Shown here: one piece after another, positions 9,837 through 20,218 of the stretch
Numbering within the stretch: position 1 is the stretch's first letter
Layout of the letters: each line of letters starts with the position of its first letter
Assembly (NCBI GenBank): GCA_902762505.1
Contig: CACWOQ010000012.1
Span: 2,481 to 66,480, forward strand
Direction of reading: 5' to 3'
Source: an uncultured Ruminococcus sp.
GTDB lineage: Bacteria > Bacillota > Clostridia > Oscillospirales > CAG-272
DNA: 64,000 bases
Translations under genes and position numbers: made by a program
The notes under the pieces: generated by a model
Databases searched by the model: none
What the model saw: only the letters and a program-made list of their open reading frames with translations
Told to the model about the DNA's origin: nothing

Positions 9837-10967
9837 ATGTGGGAAAGAATTGACGAATTGTGCCGGGAGGCGACAGAGAATTATCTCGTGCCGTCAGCCG
9901 TCGCCGCTGTGGGCGACAAAAACGGAGTATATTATAAAAAAGCTTTCGGATGGTCGCGCGTCATCATGAACGAGGATGAGCCGGACGGAGTTTTCAAGGG
10001 TCCGATACCGGATAACGCGATACCCGCGTCGACCGATACCGTGTACGACATGGCGTCTCTGTCCAAACTGCTTTCGACGACGATGGTCGTTCTGCGCCTC
10101 GTCGAGGAAGGGTATATGACACTTGCGGACACGGTCGGCAGATATTTCCCCGACGCGCCGGAGGATAAACGGAATATTTCCGTAAAACAGCTTATGACGC
10201 ATTGCAGCGGTATCACCGCTCATTTCAACCTTGAATCCGAATGCGAAAAAGGGTTCGATATCGCGCACGCCGTTCTGAACTATCCGCTGAAATATGAAGC
10301 CGAAACAAAGGTCGAATACACGTGCATGGGATATATCCTGCTTGCGAAAATGGCGGAGGTCTGCACGGGAAAAAGACTTGACCAGCTTGCCGACGAATAC
10401 GTTTTCGGACCGCTCGGAATGAAACGGACCGGCTACTGTCCGAAGGAGAACGCAAGGTTTGAGCTTGCCGATATAGCGACCGAGGAATGGTCGCCGAGAT
10501 CGCGCCGGTACATACACGGCGTGGTCCACGACGAAAACGCGAGATGGTCTGGCGGGATATCCGGAAACGCCGGAGTTTTCTCCTGCGTCGACGACCTGTG
10601 CCGTTTCGGAGCCATGCTCTCCGGCAGAGGAGAGTTCGAGGGCAAAAGATTCCTGTCCGAAAATACATTTGAGCTTTCGGTAAAGAACCATACCCCGTAC
10701 GGCCCGGAGTCGAGAGGGCTCGGCTTCCAGCTCACCACAGGCGGCTACAACGCCACGGGAGACCTCTTTTCACCGTATTCATACGGGCATAACGGATTCA
10801 CCGGAACGTCGCTTTACTGCGACAGCAGGACCGGCATGTACGTCGTGCTTCTGACGAACAGAGTACATTACACGCGCAAAAGCGACGGACTTTACCGCTT
10901 CCGCCGCGCGCTTCACAACGCGGCGACCGCGGAGTACTCACGTATGATTATACAACGTCAGGTGTGA
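9837..10967 (+). CDS. Serine hydrolase, beta-lactamase family (AmiE/EstB-like)
   Basis: YDMASLSK, YTCMGY, GVVHDENA, GHNGFTG, LLTNRVH. Confidence 0.88.
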   Translation: MWERIDELCREATENYLVPSAVAAVGDKNGVYYKKAFGWSRVIMNEDEPDGVFKGPIPDNAIPASTDTVYDMASLSKLLSTTMVVLRLVEEGYMTLADTVGRYFPDAPEDKRNISVKQLMTHCSGITAHFNLESECEKGFDIAHAVLNYPLKYEAETKVEYTCMGYILLAKMAEVCTGKRLDQLADEYVFGPLGMKRTGYCPKENARFELADIATEEWSPRSRRYIHGVVHDENARWSGGISGNAGVFSCVDDLCRFGAMLSGRGEFEGKRFLSENTFELSVKNHTPYGPESRGLGFQLTTGGYNATGDLFSPYSYGHNGFTGTSLYCDSRTGMYVVLLTNRVHYTRKSDGLYRFRRALHNAATAEYSRMIIQRQV

Positions 10968-11010
10968 AATGTTGTGATTGTAATGTTGAATTTTTGTAAA
11001 AGGTAGTGTT

Positions 11011-13440
11011 ATGATTAAAAAAATGGCAGCCGTAATAACGGCTTTGCTTCTGGTTTTCTCGGTCTTCGTCCACGCGGCGCCTTCTCCGGATCAGCTGATA
11101 TACAGTCCCGATTTCAGCGGAGGCGGGCTTCCGTCGGGGACGGACGTCATATTCGGAGACGACGGGTATATAGGAGTCGAGGACTCCGCGCTCGTGCTCG
11201 AAGCTGCGGCGACGTATCCCCCGGTCACGACCGTACTGTTTCCGCATAAGGTGACGGAATCCGTGTTCACGTATTCCGCCGATATCGTCGTGCGCGATTA
11301 TCTGTCGGGCAACTGCTGGTTTTCGCTCTGCTTCTGCGCCGTGAACGAGGATCTTTCTTATCAGTTCACCGCGTTCTGCGGCGACGGCGGAGTCTGTTTC
11401 AGATTCAAGAACGGCGCCTCTTCCTGGAAAACGCTGTCGTCCTCGGGTCTGCATACTCTTGCCGGGCAGGAAGGCGTTGAAAGCTTCGGCGAAAACGGGA
11501 TCGTACGCGATACCGCGGTAAGGTTCGCTGTCACGGTATCGAACGGCGTCGCCTACGGGACCGTTGACGGCGTGACCGTGCTTGAAGCGAGGATCGCTGA
11601 CGGGACGGTCGGATACGTCGGTATAGACGGCAGAGGAGTGAAGCTCGACGTTTCGAACGTCACGGTAAGCACGTCCGTACCGGACGCGGTGTCCGCGGCG
11701 GACGCGTTCGGCTGCCGTACCTACCGTCAGCCGGGCGGATTATGCGAGCCGCCGCTGCTTATCCGGCGGGATAAGAACACCGCCGGCGGATATACCGCCG
11801 ATTCCGCGCGCCCCGGCGCCGTGATGATGACGGTGCGGTTTTCCTCCGGGGTGCTTCACGCGTATGACGGAGCGGTCGATCTCGGACCTCTTAATCAAAG
11901 ACTCGAGCTTATAAAGGATCTGTGCATACCCGCGTTTTTCGTCTCTGACGACACAGCCGCTGCGGCTCTGTCCGGATATATGACGGAAAACGGCGTGCTT
12001 GACGCGTTCGTCGTCGTTACGCGTACGTCGCTTTTACCGCTGTTTCGCGGCAATCCGTACGCGCGGCTCGTTCTCGATCTGTCGTCGCGCGACGCGGCGG
12101 ACGTTTCCGAAACCGTAAAAACCCTGTATTCCAACGGCATAAGAACGGTGATGCTTTCTTCGATAGCCGCGGATCCCGATACCGTATTCGCTCTGCATAA
12201 AATGCTCGTTTCGGTCTGGTCTTCGGCGGGATCGTCTCACTCGGATGAGATAAAAGCGCTGCTGTCCGGCGCCGACGCCGTGGTCACAGCCGATCACGCG
12301 AGCCTCTCATCGTTTCTCTCATCCGTGACGGATACGCTTTCCGTCAGACGCCCTGTCGCCGTGTCGGACGGCGGAAACGTTGCCGCCGCCCCGTACGGCA
12401 CGCTCAAAGCCGTGCTTTCGGCGCTCGACAAGGGAGCGTCCGCGGTCAGGCTCAGAGTCAGATCGAGCCGTGACGGGATCGCCGTACTCTGTGAAGGCGA
12501 GACGACGGTCGGGATGTCGTCCGTGATCCCGGTATCTTCGTCCGGTATCTCGTCTCTGAAATCTTTGACATATTCGGACGTCCGCATGAGCGACGACGAC
12601 CGCATCGCAACGCTCGAGGAGCTTTTTGAAAAAGTATACCGCGAGTATGAGGATTCCGTGTTCCATATAGACGTATACGATAAGACCACCGCGGAGAGGA
12701 TACTCACCCTCGCCGATGAATACGATATGAAACAGCGCTGCGTGATCCTGTCGGACGATCCGGAGATCCTGTCGGCTGTCGCCCTGAACGGCGGCGCGTC
12801 GGCTTACACCGGCGTTATAAACGTATGGGACGGCAGAGGCACGGACGCGTCTCTTTGCTCGATGATCGGCGTGCTGTGCAGGTACAATTCGGTTTATTAC
12901 GGCGATCCCTCGTACGTTCCCGCCGAATTTCTTTACGAGCTTCACGATAGAGGCGTGCAGGTCGTCGCCTCATCGGGAGAAGCCGGACTTCTCGACGGAT
13001 ACGACGCCTTTGCCGCGCCGTCGTCCGAGACGGCGAAGCTTCCTTACGGCCTGTACGCGACGGTCGACGCCGACGGCAGGCTGAACGTAAAGCTGCGCTG
13101 TCTTGACGGAGCCGAGCGCGACGTCACTGCGCTTTGCTCGATCCTGCCCGTGAGCGGCTCTCCCGTTCTTTCGTCGGGCGCGGTTTCAGGCAGCGGCGAA
13201 TTCATCGTGACGTGTCCTTTCACCGGCGACGACGGAAGAAAGTACAAAACGGCGTCGCAGGTGCTTTCCGTGACGGAGAAGGGGACGGAAACGGGGGCTG
13301 AGACCGAGCCGCAGCCGTCCGGCGGCGGCACTCTGACGGCGGCAATAATCGCCGGAGGCGCCGCAGTCGTCGTCGGAGGGCTCCTGATCCTCGGTTTTAT
13401 GAGCCGTAAAAGGCGAAAAACGGAGCAGGAAGACGCCTGA
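11011..13440 (+). CDS. Secreted, membrane-anchored protein: concanavalin/DUF1080-like domain plus degenerate GDPD-like barrels
   Basis: Signal peptide, C-terminal TM and basic tail; RPVAVSDGG...APYGTLKA...GASAVRLRVRSSRDG...IATLEELF follows GDPD spacing. Confidence 0.6.
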   Translation: MIKKMAAVITALLLVFSVFVHAAPSPDQLIYSPDFSGGGLPSGTDVIFGDDGYIGVEDSALVLEAAATYPPVTTVLFPHKVTESVFTYSADIVVRDYLSGNCWFSLCFCAVNEDLSYQFTAFCGDGGVCFRFKNGASSWKTLSSSGLHTLAGQEGVESFGENGIVRDTAVRFAVTVSNGVAYGTVDGVTVLEARIADGTVGYVGIDGRGVKLDVSNVTVSTSVPDAVSAADAFGCRTYRQPGGLCEPPLLIRRDKNTAGGYTADSARPGAVMMTVRFSSGVLHAYDGAVDLGPLNQRLELIKDLCIPAFFVSDDTAAAALSGYMTENGVLDAFVVVTRTSLLPLFRGNPYARLVLDLSSRDAADVSETVKTLYSNGIRTVMLSSIAADPDTVFALHKMLVSVWSSAGSSHSDEIKALLSGADAVVTADHASLSSFLSSVTDTLSVRRPVAVSDGGNVAAAPYGTLKAVLSALDKGASAVRLRVRSSRDGIAVLCEGETTVGMSSVIPVSSSGISSLKSLTYSDVRMSDDDRIATLEELFEKVYREYEDSVFHIDVYDKTTAERILTLADEYDMKQRCVILSDDPEILSAVALNGGASAYTGVINVWDGRGTDASLCSMIGVLCRYNSVYYGDPSYVPAEFLYELHDRGVQVVASSGEAGLLDGYDAFAAPSSETAKLPYGLYATVDADGRLNVKLRCLDGAERDVTALCSILPVSGSPVLSSGAVSGSGEFIVTCPFTGDDGRKYKTASQVLSVTEKGTETGAETEPQPSGGGTLTAAIIAGGAAVVVGGLLILGFMSRKRRKTEQEDA

Positions 13441-13496
13441 ATGTAAAAAGATATCAAACTTTGCGTTTAATTTAATAAAATTTTTATATTTCGCTG

Positions 13497-13525
13497 TTGA
13501 CAAAACGCGCGTTTTATGATATACT
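13497..13525 (+). promoter_or_regulatory. sigmaA promoter of the str operon
   Basis: TTGACA-17nt-TATACT with TG extension and AT-rich upstream region. Confidence 0.85.
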
Positions 13526-13594
13526 GACCACAATTGTGTATATAAACCACGTATTGTGCCGCCCGAAAAACGCGGCGCCCCGAAAGGAAAGAGT

Positions 13595-13849
13595 ATGAAG
13601 CCCGCAGATGTGGCAAAAAGCGATCTCACCGTAGGTTACAACAGTTCGCTTAAGCTTGTCAGAGCAGGAAAAGCGACGCTTTTATATGTCGCGAACGACT
13701 GCGCGCCGCACATAAAGACGGCGGCGAGACAGATGGCGGACGAATACGGCGTACCCGTTGATGAGACGCGCGGCATGGCCGCGCTGCAGCAGATGTGCGG
13801 TATCGACGTGGGATGCGCCGTGTGCGCGGTACGCAGAAAAGAAAACTGA
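13595..13849 (+). CDS. L7Ae/YbxF family RNA-binding protein
   Basis: VG..SLK...GKA.LLYVANDC...CGIDVGCAV; canonical position before rpsL; AAGGA RBS before ATG 13595. Confidence 0.88.
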   Translation: MKPADVAKSDLTVGYNSSLKLVRAGKATLLYVANDCAPHIKTAARQMADEYGVPVDETRGMAALQQMCGIDVGCAVCAVRRKEN

Positions 13850-13921
13850 TACCGAACGGCAAAGGCTATCCGGTGCCTTGCCTTTAGTATAAAACATATT
13901 CCGTGTGAAAGGAGGAAATCC

Positions 13922-14338
13922 ATGCCGACATTCAATCAGCTCGTTAAGAACGGCCGTCAGCAGAAAGTGTACAAATCCAAGGCTCCCGTGCTTCAGAAGA
14001 GCTACAACTCGCTGAAGAAACGCGCTACGGATCAGAGCTCTCCCCAGAAGAGAGGCGTCTGCACCAAAGTCACCACCGCTACACCTAAGAAGCCGAACTC
14101 CGCTATCCGTAAGATCGCGAGAGTCAAGCTCGTCAACGGTCTTGAGGCAACGTGCTATATCCCCGGTATCGGCCACAACCTGCAGGAGCACAGCGTAGTT
14201 CTCATACGCGGCGGCAGAGTACGTGACCTTCCCGGTGTACGTTACCACATCATCCGCGGTACGCTCGATACTCAGGGCGTCGCCAAGAGAATGCAGGGCC
14301 GCTCGCTCTACGGAGCAAAGAGACCCAAAACCAAATAA
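13922..14338 (+). CDS. rpsL: 30S ribosomal protein S12
   Basis: [27 protein letters not shown]. Confidence 0.99.
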   Translation: MPTFNQLVKNGRQQKVYKSKAPVLQKSYNSLKKRATDQSSPQKRGVCTKVTTATPKKPNSAIRKIARVKLVNGLEATCYIPGIGHNLQEHSVVLIRGGRVRDLPGVRYHIIRGTLDTQGVAKRMQGRSLYGAKRPKTK

Positions 14339-14495
14339 TCTCACGTCGTTGTGAGAGGAGTACAGGAAAGTATTCTATATATGACGGCATAAATCATACG
14401 GAAATGTTTTGTATTACCGTTTGACCGCCGCATTTACGGATCTTATTTTTCGAGTACCTATGATATCATAAATCTATATGAAGGAGGGAAGCATA

Positions 14496-14966
14496 ATGCC
14501 GAGAAGAGGTCAAATATCAAAGAGAGACGTTCTGCCGGATCCGCTGTATAATTCCAAGCTCGTAACGAAGCTTATAAACAACATCATGCTGGACGGTAAA
14601 AAAGGCGTTGCTCAGAAGATAGTTTACGACGCATTCGAGATAGTTGAAGAAAAATCCGGAAAGAATCCTCTCGAAGCGTTCCAGGCGGCACTTGAGAACA
14701 TCATGCCGAAGCTGGAAGTAAAAGCTCGTCGTGTAGGCGGCTCCACGTACCAGGTTCCTATGGACGTACGCCCCGAAAGACAGAGAACGCTCGGTCTCCG
14801 CTGGCTCACGAGATATTCGAGAGAACGCAGCGAGAGAACGATGGCCGCTCGCTTAGCAGGCGAGATTCTTGACGCCATGAACAATACCGGTTCTGCCGTT
14901 AAGAAGAGAGAAGATACGCATAAAATGGCTGAGGCTAACAAGGCCTTCGCACATTACAGAGTTTGA
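14496..14966 (+). CDS. rpsG: 30S ribosomal protein S7
   Basis: MPRRG..., [23 protein letters not shown]; AAGGAGG RBS. Confidence 0.99.
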   Translation: MPRRGQISKRDVLPDPLYNSKLVTKLINNIMLDGKKGVAQKIVYDAFEIVEEKSGKNPLEAFQAALENIMPKLEVKARRVGGSTYQVPMDVRPERQRTLGLRWLTRYSRERSERTMAARLAGEILDAMNNTGSAVKKREDTHKMAEANKAFAHYRV

Positions 14967-14986
14967 TTTCAGGAGTTGTTTTGTAA

Positions 14987-17065
14987 ATGCCGAGAGAATA
15001 TCCGCTTGAATTAACAAGGAATATCGGAATAATGGCTCATATCGACGCCGGTAAGACGACTACCACGGAACGCATACTGTTCTACACCGGTAAGACTCAC
15101 AAGATCGGCGAGACTCATGACGGCTCCGCAACCATGGACTGGATGGAACAGGAGCGTGAGCGCGGTATTACGATCACGTCTGCCGCGACGACCTGCTTCT
15201 GGAGAGGAAACAGGATAAACATTATCGACACCCCCGGCCACGTTGACTTCACGGTAGAGGTCGAACGTTCGCTTCGCGTACTTGACGGTGCTGTCACCGT
15301 ATTCTGCGCAAAAGGCGGAGTCGAGCCTCAGTCTGAAACTGTCTGGCGTCAGGCCAACAAGTATCATGTGCCCAGAATGGCTTATGTCAACAAGATGGAC
15401 ATAATGGGCGCAAACTTTTATCGCGTTGTCGATATGATCAGGGAAAGACTCAAAGCCAATCCCGTCCCGATACAGCTTCCGATCGGTCAGGAGGATTCGT
15501 TTATCGGTATCATCGACCTTATGGAGATGGTAGCCGATATAAACTCCACCGACGATCAGGGAAAAGTAGTAAAAATCGAAGAGATCCCCGCGGACATGCT
15601 CGATAAAGCCAAAGAGTACCGTGAAAAAATGGTCGAGGCCATTGCCGAGACCGACGACGCTCTTATGGAAAAGTTCATATCCGAAGAGGAGATCACCGTC
15701 CCGGAGCTTAAAGCCGCTCTGCGCAAAGCCGTGATAGCCAACGAGCTGATACCCGTTTGCTGCGGCACGTCCTTCAAAAACAAGGGCGTACAGAAGCTGC
15801 TTGACGCGATCGTGGATTATATGCCCTCGCCTCTGGACGTACCCGCAATCAAAGGTACCGTCCCCGGCACGGGCGAACCGACTGAACGCCATCCGAGCGA
15901 TTCGGAGCCGTTCTCCGCACTCGCTTTCAAGATCATGACCGACCCGTACGTCGGAAGACTCTGCTTCTTCAGAGTTTATTCCGGCACCGTCGTCGCAGGT
16001 ACCACCGTGTACAACTCGACGAAGGGCACGCGTGAGCGTATGGGCAGACTCTTGCAGATGCACGCGAACGACCGTAAGGATATAGACTGCTGCTACTCCG
16101 GCGACATCGCCGCCGTTGTCGGCATCAAAAATACCACGACGGGCGACACGTTCTGCGACGAGAAAGCCCCGATCATACTTGAAAGCATGGAATTCCCGGA
16201 TCCCGTTATCCGCGTCGCCATCGAACCGAAGACCAAAGCCGGTCAGGAAAAGATGGGCATCGCTCTGTCGAAGCTCGCGGAAGAGGACCCGACGTTCCGT
16301 ACCTATACCGACGAAGAGACCGGTCAGACGATCATCGCCGGCATGGGAGAGCTTCACCTTGAGATAATCATCGACAGACTGCTGCGTGAGTTCAAGGTCG
16401 AGGCTAACATCGGTAAGCCCCAGGTCTCCTACAAAGAGACTATCAGAAAGGAAGCTTATTCCGATACGAAATTCGCCCGTCAGTCCGGCGGACACGGTCA
16501 GTACGGTCACGTCAAGATCAGTATCGAGCCGAACGAACCGGGCAAAGGCTACGAATTCGAGAGCAAGGTCGTCGGCGGTGAAGTCCCGAAGGAATACATC
16601 CCTGCGATCGACGCGGGTATCCAGAGCGCGCTGCAATCCGGCGTGCTTGCGGGCTACAACGTCGTTGACGTAAAAGTCACGCTGCTCGGCGGTTCGTATC
16701 ACGAGGTGGACTCCTCCGATATGGCGTTCAAGATCGCGGGTTCAATGGCGATCAAGGACGCGCTGAAGAAGGCGGACCCCGTGCTTACCGAACCGATAAT
16801 GAAGGTCGTGGTCATCGCTCCGGACGAGTACTACGGTACGGTCCTGGGAGATCTCGCTTCAAGGCGCGGTCAGGTACAGAACACGGAGAACCTCACGGGT
16901 TCCGTTGAGATCACCGCTTTCGTACCGCTGTCCGAAATGTTCGGATACGCGACCGATCTCCGCTCCTGCACGCAGGGCAGAGGCAACTACACCATGGAGC
17001 CGAGCCACTTCATGCAGGTGCCGAAGAGCATCCAGGAAGACATCATCTCCGGTAAAAAGAGATGA
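14987..17065 (+). CDS. fusA: Elongation factor G
   Basis: [33 protein letters not shown]. Confidence 0.99.
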   Translation: MPREYPLELTRNIGIMAHIDAGKTTTTERILFYTGKTHKIGETHDGSATMDWMEQERERGITITSAATTCFWRGNRINIIDTPGHVDFTVEVERSLRVLDGAVTVFCAKGGVEPQSETVWRQANKYHVPRMAYVNKMDIMGANFYRVVDMIRERLKANPVPIQLPIGQEDSFIGIIDLMEMVADINSTDDQGKVVKIEEIPADMLDKAKEYREKMVEAIAETDDALMEKFISEEEITVPELKAALRKAVIANELIPVCCGTSFKNKGVQKLLDAIVDYMPSPLDVPAIKGTVPGTGEPTERHPSDSEPFSALAFKIMTDPYVGRLCFFRVYSGTVVAGTTVYNSTKGTRERMGRLLQMHANDRKDIDCCYSGDIAAVVGIKNTTTGDTFCDEKAPIILESMEFPDPVIRVAIEPKTKAGQEKMGIALSKLAEEDPTFRTYTDEETGQTIIAGMGELHLEIIIDRLLREFKVEANIGKPQVSYKETIRKEAYSDTKFARQSGGHGQYGHVKISIEPNEPGKGYEFESKVVGGEVPKEYIPAIDAGIQSALQSGVLAGYNVVDVKVTLLGGSYHEVDSSDMAFKIAGSMAIKDALKKADPVLTEPIMKVVVIAPDEYYGTVLGDLASRRGQVQNTENLTGSVEITAFVPLSEMFGYATDLRSCTQGRGNYTMEPSHFMQVPKSIQEDIISGKKR

Positions 17066-17144
17066 TCAAACTCCCTGTAACGGGGAGAAAATAAAGTAAG
17101 TAATTTAAAATGAAACGCAGTTTCACATTAAGGAGGAAATAACA

Positions 17145-18350
17145 ATGGCAAAGCAGAAGTTCGACAGAACCAAAGATCACGTTAACATTGGTACTATAGG
17201 CCATGTTGACCATGGTAAGACCACCCTTACCGCCGCTATCACCAAGGCTCTCGGTCTCAAGAACGGCAACGTTGAATTCATGGCGTACGACCAGATAGAC
17301 AACGCTCCCGAAGAGAAGGCCAGAGGTATCACAATCAACACCAGACACGTTGAGTATGAGACTGACAAGCGTCACTACGCGCACGTTGACTGCCCCGGGC
17401 ACGCCGACTATATCAAGAACATGATCACCGGTGCTGCTCAGATGGACGGCGCCATCCTGGTTGTTGCAGGTAACGACGGTCCTCTTCAGCAGACTCGTGA
17501 GCACATCCTGCTCGCCCGTCAGGTCGGTGTTCCCGCGATAGTCGTCTTCATGAACAAGACCGACCTCGTTGACGACCCCGAGCTTCTCGAACTCGTCGAG
17601 ATGGAGATCAGAGATCTTCTTAACGAGTACGATTTTCCGGGCGACGAGATCCCGATAATCAGAGGCTCCGCTCGTGAAGCTCTTGAATCCACTTCCACCG
17701 ACCCGAACGACCCCGTATACGCTCCTATATACGAGCTTATGGATGCTGTCGACAACTACATCCCCACTCCTGACAGAAAGGCTGACCTGCCCTTCCTGAT
17801 GCCTGTTGAGGACGTATTCTCCATCACCGGCCGCGGCACCGTCGCAACCGGCAGAGTAGAGCGCGGCACCGTTAAAATGGGTGATACCGTTGAGATCGTC
17901 GGTCTTTCCGATGAAAAGCGTTCCACCGTCGTTACCGGCGTTGAAATGTTCAGAAAGCTTCTTGACCAGGCTCAGGCAGGCGACAACATCGGTCTGCTTC
18001 TCCGCGGCGTCCAGAAGAAAGAGGTCGAAAGAGGCCAGGTCGTTTGCAAACCCGGTTCCATTCATCCGCACACCAAATTCAAAGGCCAGGTCTACGTTCT
18101 GACCGAAAAAGAAGGCGGCCGTCAGAAACCGTTCTTCCCCGGCTACAGACCCCAGTTCTATTTCAGAACGACTGACGTTACCGGCGTTATCAGCCTTCCC
18201 GAAGGCGTTGACATGTGCCGCCCGGGCGATAACGTTGTCATGATCGTTGAGCTCATCACCCCGATCGCTATCGAAAAAGGTCTCCGCTTCGCTATCCGTG
18301 AAGGCGGCAGAACCGTCGGTTCCGGCGTTGTTACCGAAATAGACGAATAA
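17145..18350 (+). CDS. tuf: Elongation factor Tu
   Basis: [28 protein letters not shown]. Confidence 0.99.
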   Translation: MAKQKFDRTKDHVNIGTIGHVDHGKTTLTAAITKALGLKNGNVEFMAYDQIDNAPEEKARGITINTRHVEYETDKRHYAHVDCPGHADYIKNMITGAAQMDGAILVVAGNDGPLQQTREHILLARQVGVPAIVVFMNKTDLVDDPELLELVEMEIRDLLNEYDFPGDEIPIIRGSAREALESTSTDPNDPVYAPIYELMDAVDNYIPTPDRKADLPFLMPVEDVFSITGRGTVATGRVERGTVKMGDTVEIVGLSDEKRSTVVTGVEMFRKLLDQAQAGDNIGLLLRGVQKKEVERGQVVCKPGSIHPHTKFKGQVYVLTEKEGGRQKPFFPGYRPQFYFRTTDVTGVISLPEGVDMCRPGDNVVMIVELITPIAIEKGLRFAIREGGRTVGSGVVTEIDE

Positions 18351-18377
18351 GTCTGAGCTTCCCAAAAACTGAATATT

Positions 18378-18506
18378 ATTATTTTCGGGGGAGCCTTTAA
18401 GGCTCAGGTGAAATTCCAAACCGGTGGTAAAGTCCACTAACAGCGCAAGCTGCCGAGCAGGCGAAATTCCTGCACCGACGGTAAAGTCCGGATGAGAGAA
18501 AATAAT
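18378..18506 (+). ncRNA. FMN (RFN) riboswitch, variant with an inserted hairpin
   Basis: P1 ATTATTTTC/GAAAATAAT; GGTGAAATTCC, ACCGGTGGTAAAGTCCAC, GGCGAAATTCC, CCGACGGTAAAGTCCGGATGAGAG core; upstream of an ECF S-component. Confidence 0.92.
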
Positions 18507-18538
18507 GGCGCTTCAAACACGCCTAAAGAAAGGTTTTA

Positions 18539-18570
18539 AAGCCCCCGGTTTTATATCGGGGGCTTGTTCT
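18539..18570 (+). terminator. Riboswitch expression-platform hairpin (terminator and/or RBS sequestrator)
   Basis: AAGCCCCCG-GTTTTATAT-CGGGGGCTT followed by GTTCT, just before ATG 18574. Confidence 0.7.
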
Positions 18571-18573
18571 ATT

Positions 18574-19194
18574 ATGAAAAAAGAGAGTAAAAAAGTTCTT
18601 TATAAGCTTATAATAACAGCGGTCATGTCCGCTATCGCGACGATTCTGATGCTGCCGATGTTCGAAATAGTCGTTCCGTTCATGCCGCCGTACATAAAAT
18701 TCGATTTTTCGGATTTTCCGGCGCTGTTTACGGGATTTGCCGCGGGACCGCTCTGGGGCGTTCTCGTGTGCCTTATCAAGAATCTGATACATATACCGAT
18801 GGGCAGCACCGGCGGTATCGGCGAGATAGCCAACTTCGTTATCGGCGCGGTATACGTGCTCGTGTCTTCGCTTATCCATATAAAAATGAAGAACCGCGCG
18901 GGCGTTATCGTCGGCGGTGCGGCAGGCTCCGTCGCAATGGCGGCGGCCGCTTTCCCGGTCAATCTTTTTATCGTGTATCCCGCTTATACGCGGATATACT
19001 TCGGCGGATCGGTGGAAAAAGTGATCGAGACTTATTCAAAGATCCTGCCGTGGATAAAGGATCTGCCGCAGGCGCTGCTTGTATTCAACACGCCGTTCAA
19101 CGCGGCGAAGGGACTGATACTGACGCTTATTGCCGCTCTTGCGTATTCCGCGCTTCTTCCGCTGCTTAAAAAGCTTGAGCTGAAGCTTTCGTGA
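18574..19194 (+). CDS. ribU: ECF transporter S component, riboflavin (RibU-like)
   Basis: KFDFSDFPAL...GP..G...LIKN...GIGEIANF...PFN..KG; preceded by an FMN riboswitch. Confidence 0.85.
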   Translation: MKKESKKVLYKLIITAVMSAIATILMLPMFEIVVPFMPPYIKFDFSDFPALFTGFAAGPLWGVLVCLIKNLIHIPMGSTGGIGEIANFVIGAVYVLVSSLIHIKMKNRAGVIVGGAAGSVAMAAAAFPVNLFIVYPAYTRIYFGGSVEKVIETYSKILPWIKDLPQALLVFNTPFNAAKGLILTLIAALAYSALLPLLKKLELKLS

Positions 19195-19201
19195 TCACCA
19201 C

Positions 19202-19230
19202 TTGACAAACCGCGCGCAATTTGATATAAT
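19202..19230 (+). promoter_or_regulatory. sigmaA promoter
   Basis: Perfect TTGACA-17nt-TATAAT with TG extension. Confidence 0.85.
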
Positions 19231-19256
19231 ATAAAAAAAGCAAGGGGCGCGTTGAG

Positions 19257-20192
19257 ATGAAACTGAAAAAAATCACCGCCGCGATCATACTCACGGCGGT
19301 TTTGCTTATATCCCTGTGCTCGTGCGCGGACAGGGAAGGATATATGACGAACAACTGCGGTAAAGACGGCGTCGCCGCGCTTATATCCGAGTATCCCGAG
19401 CTTAAAAACAACGGATTCACTAAGAAGACGACGTATAATATCACACCGGACGGATTCGGCGACGTAAAGCTTTTCAAATCGTCGGAGACAGCGTATACCG
19501 TCGCCCTGTATCCGGGTTACAGCTATACGTACGTCGATATTTCCGGTTCGCCCGGTTTGATAAGCGCATCCCTGTGTGACGCCTACGGCAGAGGAGAAGC
19601 CGACATTCTTTTCACGTACTGCGACGACGCAACGGGCAACAGCGGCATAGGCATATACGACGGGGTGCTCGGTTATTCGAGGTCTGTCGCAAGATTTGAC
19701 GGTTCCGTCAAGCTTTATCTCAGCAGAGAAGAGGCGAGGGAGGGAATGCCCGTCGTGTATTCCGTTCTCACCGTCACCGTCACGGAGTTTAAGAACAACC
19801 CGGCAGATCTCGGCTGCGTCGCGGTCGGCGAGGCGGGGACCGTCACCTTCGGAGCGGACGGACCCGTGTTCAACGCAAACAAAGGCAAAGACGTGAACGT
19901 GGTACCGGTAAAATTCACGGACGTCAGCCGCGTGATCATAAGTACGGTCAGCGAAACGAAAACGTACGACGATAAGGATGAGATCGAGGCTGTCGGCAAA
20001 ACGGTACAGTCGCTTGACGGCGGAGAGGAAAGAACGGCGCCCTCGGGCGGTACGACTTATATCATCGCGTTCGTTTATCATGACGGCTCGGTCGGTTACG
20101 TTTACTACAACGACACGGGAGCGTTCAAGCATCACGGCGGTGCATGGTGCAGCGCCGAGCCGGGACGGAGCATACTGCCGGCATCGGAATAA
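19257..20192 (+). CDS. Hypothetical lipoprotein
   Basis: Basic N-terminus, hydrophobic stretch, LCSC lipobox; own promoter and terminator. Confidence 0.75.
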   Translation: MKLKKITAAIILTAVLLISLCSCADREGYMTNNCGKDGVAALISEYPELKNNGFTKKTTYNITPDGFGDVKLFKSSETAYTVALYPGYSYTYVDISGSPGLISASLCDAYGRGEADILFTYCDDATGNSGIGIYDGVLGYSRSVARFDGSVKLYLSREEAREGMPVVYSVLTVTVTEFKNNPADLGCVAVGEAGTVTFGADGPVFNANKGKDVNVVPVKFTDVSRVIISTVSETKTYDDKDEIEAVGKTVQSLDGGEERTAPSGGTTYIIAFVYHDGSVGYVYYNDTGAFKHHGGAWCSAEPGRSILPASE

Positions 20193-20193
20193 T

Positions 20194-20218
20194 AAAAAAC
20201 CGGAGCGATCCGGTTTTT
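20194..20218. terminator. Bidirectional intrinsic terminator
   Basis: AAAAAACCGGA-GCGA-TCCGGTTTTT. Confidence 0.8.

Noticed and set aside
3590-10967. Beta-lactam resistance genes
   Set aside because: Both SxxK proteins lack signal peptides and resemble cytoplasmic esterase/amidase members of the fold
18387-18408. TPP riboswitch-like GGGGAGCC...GGCT start
   Set aside because: Lacks CTGAGA and the downstream TPP core; the rest matches the FMN aptamer
15011-18437. Long antisense ORFs (563 aa and 464 aa) opposite fusA and tuf, and similar ones elsewhere (e.g. 56248-57924, 28722-29993)
   Set aside because: Shadow ORFs expected from codon bias in GC-rich genes; no recognisable motifs
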